A stretch of DNA of 64,000 nt from Eledone cirrhosa. Taxonomy: Eukaryota. The number at the start of each line of letters is the position of its first letter. Position 1 is the stretch's first letter. Under the pieces are notes generated by a model. That model did not search any database, was not told the origin of the DNA, and saw only the letters and a list, made by a program, of their open reading frames with translations. The stretch lies in assembly GCA_964016885.1 (NCBI GenBank), contig OZ024759.1:21514001-21578000 (forward strand), given 5' to 3'. This document shows positions 36,869 through 64,000 of this stretch, piece by piece. Both the position numbers and the translations under genes were made by a program.

Positions 36869-37771
36869 TATATACACACATATATATATACACACATATA
36901 TATATACACATATATACATATACACATATATATATACACATATATACATATACACATATATATATACACATATATACATATACACATATACACATATATA
37001 CACACACATATATATATATATATACATATATACACACACATATATATATATACACATATATATACACACACACACACATATATTATACACACACATATAT
37101 ATATATACACACACACACATATATATAGTTTAATAAATAAACAAAGAACAAAAAACAGAAAAACGAAGAGGCAGTACAAATGATATTAGTATATATATAT
37201 ATAATATATATATACACACACACACATGAAAAGAAGGTACATGGGCGTGTCACGATCAAAGTCTACTAAATGAGGAGACTGAATGGGATGAAGATAGTTT
37301 CCCCAACAGAGGGAACGGCTGTGCAAGTTACTAGTAGTATAGTAAGGCAACCAAAGATATGAAGAAAGTAAAATGTAGCCGGACCTTCGGGGATAGATGC
37401 TGAAAGCGTCTGGAATGGTGGGACACACCCTAGCCATCCGTATTGTAAACGAAGTAATACAAAATGGGGTCATACACAATGACTGGTGGAAATGAAAAAT
37501 AAAATGTGGAAAGAAAAACAGAAGAGAAAAAAAATCCTTCGTTTGTCTCGCTTACTCGTTGTCGAACTTTTAGACAGAAGTTGGACCATTGTAGCAGATG
37601 ATCACTGAAAATATAGGCAACCTTATGAGGAATCTCATCAATTTTCTGTGAATTCTTTTCGTTGCAACATTCTTTCAGTACATTGGACGAATGAGGGTTG
37701 TTCTCAAGACCAGATTCCGTTGTTGATATTGTTGTTGTTGTCGTGTTGAAATCAAAGTTCACAGTAGCCAT
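23311..37771 (-). CDS. HDAC8: Histone deacetylase 8 (class I HDAC), 11 exons, 418 aa
   Basis: Exons 37771-37556, 34098-34046, 33156-33020, 31795-31648, 30807-30695, 29727-29650, 28663-28555, 27660-27488, 25779-25685, 24946-24841 and 23339-23311. All introns are GT-AG, phases are consistent, and the total is 1257 nt. Motifs [41 protein letters not shown] and GGGGY are intact, and the intron positions match vertebrate HDAC8. Confidence 0.95.
23845..24195 (-). mobile_element. Two tandem tRNA-derived SINEs (Nin/Deu-like central domain)
   Basis: The reverse complement has an A box, a GAGTTCAAATCC B box and GCCTTTCATCCTTACGGGGTCGATAAAA. Further copies lie near 25822, 27127, 30527, 33454, 33678, 40795, 44680, 45143 and 46560. 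Confidence 0.75.
26510..27125. repeat. ~63-bp minisatellite in HDAC8 intron 8
   Basis: Recurring AAGGTCCCTCTCCTACAAAAGACTGCCCTGTTGGTCACTGTAGATATACTCAG units, ~9-10 copies. Confidence 0.9.
27768..28050. mobile_element. pogo/Tigger-like MITE
   Basis: Terminal inverted repeats GTGGAACCTC...GAGGTTCCACTG|TA. A homologous copy is at 62766-63077. Confidence 0.65.
31918..32261 (+). mobile_element. Full-length tRNA-derived CORE-type SINE
   Basis: A box TGGCTTAGTGG and B box GAGTTCAATTC. CORE-like GTGTTGTTTCCTTGAGCAAGACACTT. The 3' part is shared with the RTE LINE 3' UTR and ends in a (GAT)n tail. Confidence 0.8.
32300..32735 (-). mobile_element. CRE-like retrotransposon fragment
   Basis: Homologous to 17660-17990 ([17 protein letters not shown]). 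Confidence 0.65.
33143..33400. repeat. 54-56-bp tandem repeat derived from the HDAC8 exon-3 acceptor
   Basis: GACACAATCC motif at 33148, 33202, 33257, 33312 and 33368. Confidence 0.85.
34187..34272 (-). ncRNA. Type I hammerhead ribozyme-like motif in HDAC8 intron 1
   Basis: Minus strand reads stem I - CUGAUGA - stem II (UUC/GAA) - GAAA - stem III (CAG/CUG) - UA - stem I'. Position 10.1-11.1 is U.U instead of G-C. Confidence 0.5.
35460..35700 (-). mobile_element. RTE LINE fragment
   Basis: [39 protein letters not shown] closely matches the ORF at 48366..50726. Confidence 0.85.
35706..37126. repeat. ~1.4-kb compound (TA)n/(CA)n microsatellite
   Basis: Almost pure alternating purine-pyrimidine tract; it is the source of the long spurious Y/I/C/V/H/T ORFs. 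Confidence 0.97.
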
Positions 37772-38514
37772 TTTTTGTTCTCACTCCCTTTTTTCAAAAT
37801 TACCGCAAAATAACAAGGGAGATAACTGTGTATATATTTCTGTACGTTTAACAAATTTATATTTATATTAATTGGAATATTCTTCAAAGTAAATTCTAAT
37901 AAAAGCTGAATTGCTAAAATGTATTAATAAAATAATCAGATTTAAAATAAATATATATGCAATTAAGGTAAATATAAGGAAATTCCATCAAAATAATAAA
38001 AAAAATGTTTTAGGTGAGCTTTTAAAGCTCTTGCTTAAACGAAACGAAATATTTACTGCGAGTAAAGTTTAGAAATTAAATGCGAAAGAGATTTTATTGT
38101 ATTTTAAGCCGAAAATTAAGTATTAGGTTTTCTTTAAAATAAATAGAGTTAATAAAGTTAATAAATGAGTACTATATAATTCAATAATCAACTTTTGTGC
38201 GACACAACCCGGCAGCGTTGTAATTCCGTTCCAATTTTTTGTAAGAACTTACAACTTCGCATGTCAGGTTTCACAGTGAAAAGTTTAACGAGTTTTATCT
38301 TCAATATCATCATGATTTATTTGTTTAATAAGCACATCTACTAACTCAGAAGTATCTTGTGAAGGATAAAAATTAAAAAAAAGTATTTTAAAAAGCGTGG
38401 GGATTTTGTGAGACCAAAGTTTTCCTTTGTGGTTTGAACCTTTTGTTTTTCGCCCTCAATGTGGTTATAGCATCATCTTAAATTTCATCAAGAAGCATTT
38501 AAAAACAACTCAAC
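37772..38514. promoter_or_regulatory. Putative bidirectional promoter between HDAC8 and the eIF3e-like copy
   Basis: Divergent ATGs at 37771(-) and 38515(+). AAGGGAGATAACT motif near 37815. Confidence 0.4.
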
Positions 38515-39283
38515 ATGGCAGTCTTTGATTTAACTAATCGTCTGTCACAATATTTTGACCAGCATCTCATTTTACCGTTTATGGAATTCTTGTCAGACAA
38601 TAGCGTGTACGATAATGAAGAATTAATTCGTGGTAAACTGGAGATTATTAGCAAAACTAAGATAACCCGTTACGCTATAAGTCTCCACCGCTATTTATAC
38701 CCAAATCAAGAAACTCCAAAACGTTATCACAAGAACTTGGATCGTGTTTTGGCTGAAGATAAAAAACTGAAGGAACGTGTTGAAAAGATCGCCGAAGTTT
38801 TGAACGAGCCTGAGGTAATGAAAACCATCAGTAATTTCAGAGATGGTAGCCAGTTATACGATTACCTGACCACTCACCATGATATCATTAAAGATATTAC
38901 GGAAGACGTATAACTACGCCAGATTCCAGTTTGAATGCGGTAATTATGAATTTACCAGCCAATATCTCTATTTCGTTCGCCTCCTTCTGCCGATCAATGA
39001 TAAATTTTACCTCAACACTTTATAGGGCATCTTGGCATACAGACCCTACAATAGAGCACTTGGTTTGTTCACTGGTCGTTGTTCGTTTTCTTTAACAATC
39101 TGAACGGATTGGATCTACTCGTGGATTTATTTCTTTACCAATCACCATACCTGAATACCATCTGTTTTATGGTTTTTTTTCTTCTATTTCCAGGTTCTCA
39201 AGGATTTGGTGAAAGTGATTCAACAGGAGAGCTATTCCTATAGGAACCCCATCACTGAATTTGTTGAATGTCCCTCCGTCAAC
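38515..39283 (+). pseudogene. EIF3E: Divergent, disrupted eIF3 subunit E (INT6) copy
   Basis: MAVFDLTNRLSQYFDQHLILPFMEFLS aligns to the eIF3e N-terminus. After a frameshift at ~38910 it continues YNYARFQFECGNY, then [22 protein letters not shown] and [12 protein letters not shown]. After an acceptor at 39193 it reads [26 protein letters not shown]. Confidence 0.85.
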
Positions 39284-39570
39284 CAACACATGCACGCAGT
39301 CACACATGAATGTACAGACATACACATTCACACAGACACACACATGCATTCAGACACATATAGAAAGGAGTCGGAGCAATACAAAAATGGTAAAGGAAAG
39401 AATGTTAAAAATCTTACCAGGAAAGAATCCAGGTAACAATTTATGAAAAGAAACAGTAAACACTTTGGGTGTGGCAGCAAATGCTTCTACACATGTGGAA
39501 ATAATATTAACAGGTAAAACTCAGGTGAGAAGGGGGCAGAAAATAATATGCAGTACTATTTCTTCAAAAT
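39284..39570 (-). pseudogene. HDAC8: Duplicate of HDAC8 exon 6 with flanking introns
   Basis: Matches ~29480-29770. The exon copy 39492-39418 has a 3-nt deletion and its acceptor is changed from CAG to CAT. Confidence 0.85.
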
Positions 39571-40175
39571 TACCACCTTACAGGGTGAACTGAATGCTTT
39601 TTTGTTGTGGCACCAGCACTACCACCTTACAGGGTGAACTGAATGCTTTTTTGTTGTGGCACCAGCACTACCACCTTACAGGGTGAACTGAATGTTTTTT
39701 GTCGTGGCACCAGCACTACCACCTTACAGGGTGAACTGAATGCTTTTTTGTTGTGGCACCAGCACTACCACCTTACAAGGTTAACTGAATGCTTTTTTGT
39801 CGTGGCACCAGCACTACCACCTTACAAGTTAACTGAATGCTTTTTTGTCGTGGCATCAGCACTACCACCTTACAGGGTGAACTGAATGCTTTTTTGTTGT
39901 GGCACCAGCACTACCACCTTACAGGGTGAACTGAATGTTTTTTTTGTCGTGGCACCAGCACTACCACCTTACAAGGTTAACTGAATGCTTTTTTGTCGTG
40001 GCACCAGCACTACCACCTTACAGGGTGAACTGAATGTCTTTTTTGTCGTGGCACCAGCACTACCACCTTACAAGGTTAACTGAATGCTTTTTTGTTGTGG
40101 CACCAGCACTACCACCTTACAGGGTGAACTGAATGCTTTTTTGTCGTGGCACAAGCACTACCACCTTACAGGGTG
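39570..40175. repeat. 49-bp minisatellite (~12 copies)
   Basis: Unit GGCACCAGCACTACCACCTTACAGGGTGAACTGAATGCTTTTTTGTTGT. A degenerate version lies at 30280-30520. Confidence 0.92.
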
Positions 40176-40196
40176 ATAATAATAATAAACAAATAC

Positions 40197-40310
40197 CATC
40201 TCCATGATGCAAATCTAAATCAACATAGAGGACATTGGCTGAAAGTTTTTCTCAAATGCAGAATTCCAAGTACACAGTCATTAACATATCAGAGGGTTGA
40301 GGCTGAGCTC
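40197..40310 (-). pseudogene. HDAC8: Duplicate HDAC8 exon 5 (stop and frameshift)
   Basis: Homologous to 30695-30807, with an in-frame TGA and a 1-nt insertion. A truncated copy lies at 40966-41047. Confidence 0.85.
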
Positions 40311-41209
40311 CTGTGACAGGCACACATATATACATATTACTGTCATCATTGTTTAACGTCCATTTCCACGCTAGCATGGGTAAGATGAGCTGGCTCTTTG
40401 GGAGAGAATCAGGTCAGAGGACCATGTTTCGCTCACCGGGAGCTGATTTTGGCTTGTTTTCTACAGCTGGAAGCCCTTCCTAATGCCAATCACATTTACA
40501 GTGTGTGCTGGGTGCTTTTTGCCCTGTCACCTATTCGTGACAGCATGGTCTGGGCACTTTTTGTTTTAGCACCAGCACTACCTCTTTACAGAGTGAACTG
40601 AATGCTTTTTTATTGACACCAGTACTAACCACCTTACAGGGTGTATTGGGTAGTTTTCTTTTCCATGTCACCAGCACTACCACATTACAGGGTGAACTGA
40701 ATGCTTTTTGTTGTGGCACCAGCATTACCACATTACAGGGTATACTGGGTGGGCTTTTTTCATGTCACCAACACTACCACATTATAGGGTATATTGGTAC
40801 TTTATTTTATTGAAACCGTAAGCACAGAAGGCAAAGCTAACATAGGTGGGATTTGAACCCAGAACATAAAGGGCCATAACTGGTGCAAAGCATACTGTCC
40901 AAGGCTTTACCGGTTACTGCCAATCCAGTAATAAGTAATAGTAATAATAATAAACAAATAATTACCGTCTCCATGATGCAAATCTAAATCAACATAGAGG
41001 ACATGGCTGAAGGTTTTTCTCAACTGTAGAATTCCTAGTACAGTCATCATCATTGTTTAATGTCCATTTTACACGCTAGAATGGCTAGAATGGGCTGACC
41101 TTTTGGCAGAGGACTGTTTAGCTCACGGGGGCTGATTTTGGCTTGGTTTCTACAGCTAGATGCCCTTCCTAATTCCAACCACATTTACAGTGTGTGCTGT
41201 AAATATTCA

Positions 41210-42240
41210 CAATGGACTCGGTTGATAACCAAATTTGTCTTAAATGTGACAGCAGTGTTCAACATAAACCCTCAAGTCAACAATGCTCTGCAGGACGGTT
41301 TTGTTGTCCTGTACACATCTCTGACAGGCCGGGCTGACGGCACTTCCATGTCTATAGAGTTTATCTCAAACTGGCAAAGCTCAGTAGCACTGCCATGTCA
41401 GGGATTTCTGGAAATTATCCATGTGCCTTGGACTGAAAGACCTTCCGTAAATAGTGGCTAGTTGATTTTTATCGATATTTAGTGTTTCCCTAAGAATGTT
41501 GTCGCTTTTATCTGCCACTAACCCTTTATAGAACGCCAAGGTGGTGTTTCCACTGATCATATTGACCAATTGTTGAAAGGCAATGAGCACCTGGAGACAT
41601 TCCAGTTTCCAAGCTCTCTCCCTCGGTCTTCGCTTGACCCAGGACTGTAGCTCCATTAAGGATAGGAGCTGGGGAAACATGTATCTGGTGAACGGCAACC
41701 ATACCTGTTCACCATTAAGGAAGAGATAGAGATGTCGTAGCCTCAGCGCTTCATTAGCCACAACATTCCCAGTCCTCCACGCAGGGGCTGTTGACAGCAG
41801 ATGGACCGCCTTGCCATCGGAACGCGTCCTTTCCACAAGAAGTGGAAGAGTAAACGCTCCAGTGCAGTTAGAGAGGGGGGGGGGCAAGGCATGACAGTCA
41901 AGCGGTAGTAGATTATGGACATGAATGCGTTTGCCACCTCTGCCCTACCTTTCAGGGACAGCTTTCTCTCTGCCCATTTCTGGGTGAGATTGGCTACTCT
42001 GTTCATCACCTCATCCCAATTTCTGTTCATCTGGAGGTCAGGGCCAAACCAGACCCTGAATAATTTAACCAGCCCGTCCCTCCAACACTGTTAGACGGCA
42101 TGGACCTGCACCTCCATGTGCCGAGTTGTAGGCCCACAATATTTTTCCCAGTTGATTGTCGCTCCTGTCAGCGCTTTGTATTCCTACAGAGCAGTGCTGA
42201 TCACCTTAATGGGTTTGGTGTTCGACACTATGAATGTGAC
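41210..42240 (-). mobile_element. L1/Tx1-clade LINE fragment
   Basis: NWDEVMNRVANLTQKWAERKLSLKGRAEVAN...FLWKG...PLRGGLG is typical of the region after the RT in Tx1/L1 ORF2. Confidence 0.8.
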
Positions 42241-42571
42241 ATTGTTGAACTGTTGACATCTTCCTCTTTCTCTGTTGTCTTACAGCGCTCGCTCTCTCTG
42301 TAGTGGTATCCATGTTTGAAATAATGATTGAACAAATTTTTCTCAGTGAAATTTTACAAAAGACAACACCCCATAACTGGGTGTTGTGTTATTTACGAGT
42401 GAACCCCCTGTGTTAAGTGGGTCACTTGCTCTAAACTCTTATCAAGTTTAAAACTTGAAGGAAGCGTTAGAAGCAGTCAAAATAAATGTACAGTTGAAAA
42501 AAACCTGGAGCTGATATGAAGCATGGCTTCACCTTAAGTAATAATAATAATAATTATAAACAAATATTTAC

Positions 42572-42678
42572 CATCTCCATGATGTAAATCTAAATCGACA
42601 TAGAAGACACGGCTGAAAGCTTTTCTCAACTGTAGAATTCCAATTACATTGTCATTAACATAGCAGAAGCCTGAGTCC
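42572..42678 (-). pseudogene. HDAC8: Duplicate HDAC8 exon 5, frame and splice sites intact
   Basis: ttacag|[37 protein letters not shown]|gtaaat; 107 nt, i.e. an in-frame 6-nt deletion. Confidence 0.8.
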
Positions 42679-44470
42679 CTGTAACAGACACACATATATA
42701 TATATAATATCATCAACATCATAATCATCATTGTTTAACATCCATTTTCCACGCTCGCATTTTGGGACAGAATCAGGTCAGAGGATCGTATTTCGCTCAC
42801 CCAGAGCTGATTTTGGCTTGGTTTCTACACCTGGATGCCCTTCCTAATGCCAGCCACATTTACAGTGTGTGCTGGGTGCCTTTTGTCATGTCACCTACAC
42901 GACCACTTTTCAGCATGGACTGGGCACTTTTTGTTGTGACTCCTATACAACCACATTACAGTTTGGATTGACCGTTTTTGTCTTGACACATACATGACCG
43001 CTATACAGTAAGGGCTGGGAACTTTTGCTCATAGCTCCAGTGGGGGCCACTTCATGGTGTGGGATTGCACATCCATTGAAGCATGAAGGCTCCATTGCTT
43101 TCCAATCTTTGTTGGTCCTCAGTACACTGTCCCCAGGTCTTGCTGCTGTTTGTAAACATGCATCATACAGTCTGCCTTTCATTTTGAGGGAAAAATCTTT
43201 TGTAGTTAGCAGTGGTACTTTCTCCAACTGGATTTCACTCTGGTTACTGTGCTTTCAGAACACCCTCCCCCACTACTCATTTGGTCACCCAGGTAACATC
43301 GCATATTAAACACAGACTCCAGCATACCACAGAAGCCTTTTTTGAACACTACATTCATTTGTGAATACTACAATCAAACTTTATATTTATGATTTGAAGT
43401 AATCACATTTTTTCCCTGTTTGCTGAAGTGAAATAAAGTTATATTCAATAGAATTATTGGTATTTATCATGTTTATCATCCTCTTCTACAACAATCAAAA
43501 ACTTCGCTTCAACTGGTGACCAGACATTTTACTGCGGAACATGCTGCAAGCTCGAGCAATTGCTTCATCATTTTTGTCAACAACACCTAATTTCCTTCAA
43601 TCCATGATGATAGTTGCTAATACTGCACCAGGAAAACCAGGGCAACCTACTATTGTTATCAATCACCCAGAACACACACCCAAACTACTACATATACCAA
43701 ACATCAACAACAGACAACACTGCTGATTTCACAGCAATGAACAGTGTCATGACAACATACCCCAAAAAATACCCACCACCAAAAAAAAAAGGCACTGACT
43801 CACAAAAAGACAGCTCTTAATTATTTCTTCTTTTTTATGTTATATATGAATGTTGACTGTACTATTTGTTTTCAAGATTTTACTTCTGCATGCACTTTCA
43901 TGTTTTGCATTTTTTGATGCACCCTATATTAAATATCTGCATGCACACGCACACACACAAACTTCAGTCATGTAGGGATATTGTGAGATTTTCTAACTTG
44001 ACTAGTTGAAGTAATGAAATTGCTTTTGGATTACAACAGCCTAGACTGAAAAAGGCTCACAAATTAAAATGAATTAGAGGATGCATATGCTACTTGCAAA
44101 TGCATACAACGCCACTAGCTACATTTCAGTCTAGTCACACATTACCAACTCACTACGGAATGCAGTTTGGTGTTAAAAAATCTCAGACTTGATACAAAAT
44201 ATTTAATCAATTCATTAAAGTTTTTAAAGCACAAAAAAATTAATTGATAAATCAAAGAAATTCTATAAAGAAATGATCATCTTGATGTATTATCGTGTTA
44301 ATGTTTCAGTTTGCATTGTGTGATATTGGCTGATTCTCGCAGGTCAAGTTGTTTGACACTGATAGGTCAAACTGGTTGACATTGGTGGCTCAAGTTGGTT
44401 GACACTGATAGGTCAAACTGGTTGACACTGGTGAGTCAAGTCAGTTGACAGCAGTGGAACGTATTAGTTG

Positions 44471-63340
<18,870 letters not shown>

Positions 63341-63794
63341 CTAAGAAAATGTTTTTAAGAAGTCATTAAATGTTTTTAATATAAGATTTAACCCTTTAGC
63401 ATTTACATTACTCTATATGTACTATAGTATTTTTGTGGTAAAGGCTTTATTTTACATAAATATCTCACATAATATCGAATCTACAAGATTTTGATATTAT
63501 TTATTTTGAGAACAATACCTTAACATCAGTGTGTGCAGCAAATACGGCCAGTTTGAACAGAAAGAGGTGAGAGAATTCTGGCTGGATATAGCAGGTTTAA
63601 ATGCTAAAGGGTTAAAGAAACAGTGCAGATGATCTACATGATGAAAGCACTCAATACATATTGTAAAGTGGTTGGTGTTAGGAAGGGCCCAAACAAGGGG
63701 TTGGAAGGACCCTTCAGTTTGTGTTGGAAGACACAACAACTCCTTTGGACTCAACAGAATGTATGACCATCTTATGTGAGATGCAAACCTGTTG

Positions 63795-64000
63795 GGGCCT
63801 GTCAGGGAGGTCAGTATCCCTACTTCAGTACTGACTTGGCCTTTGTAGATCTGTCCAACCCTTGGCCTGTCAGGGAGGTCAGTAGCCCCGCTTCAGTACT
63901 GACTTGGTCTTTGTAGATCTGTCCAACCCTTGGCCTGTCAGGGGGGGGGGGGGGGTCAGTAGTCCCGCTTCAGTACAGACTCGGTCTTTGTAGACCTGTC
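63795..64000. repeat. ~70-bp tandem repeat running off the window end
   Basis: GGCCTGTCAGGGAGGTCAGTA...CTTCAGTACTGACTTGG...TTTGTAGATCTGTCC occurs three times. Confidence 0.85.

Noticed and set aside
35460-37183. 340-539 aa ORFs
   Set aside because: These are translations of TA/CA microsatellite; the same applies at 51268-51672 and 54178-55399.
38515-38913. Functional eIF3e gene
   Set aside because: Frameshift, two in-frame stops, internal deletions and a missing PCI-domain C-terminus.
39570-40175. CRISPR-like regular array
   Set aside because: Contiguous tandem units with no unique spacers, in a eukaryotic context with no cas genes; likewise 26510-27125 and 8690-9430.

Overview
AT-rich, repeat-dense animal genomic DNA. 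The SINE and LINE types point to a coleoid cephalopod, probably Octopus; this is inference. Positions 1-20.3 kb have no recognisable host gene. They are a mosaic of duplicated and inverted modules dominated by a ~5.7 kb spacer-less palindrome (572-6271, centre 3530/3531). Its GC-rich core is built of nested hairpins with a 75-bp period. The same region holds further fold-back palindromes, a repeated donor/acceptor/polyA cassette and a candidate ~150-nt structured Pol III-like RNA. Positions 23.3-37.8 kb hold a complete 11-exon HDAC8 gene (- strand, 418 aa). Its intron 1 contains a sense-strand hammerhead-ribozyme-like motif, and its exon-3 acceptor has been amplified into a minisatellite. Positions 38.5-42.7 kb hold a divergent, broken eIF3e copy head-to-head with HDAC8, followed by orphan duplicates of HDAC8 exons 5 and 6. 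Positions 44.5-63.3 kb hold 12 exons of an M17 cytosol leucyl aminopeptidase (LAP3-like, - strand, 5' end outside the window). One large LAP3 intron contains a mariner remnant and two tail-to-tail RTE LINEs with a PHD-type finger inside the RT. Most long ORFs in the supplied track are microsatellite artefacts. All coordinates were read by eye and may be off by a few bases.
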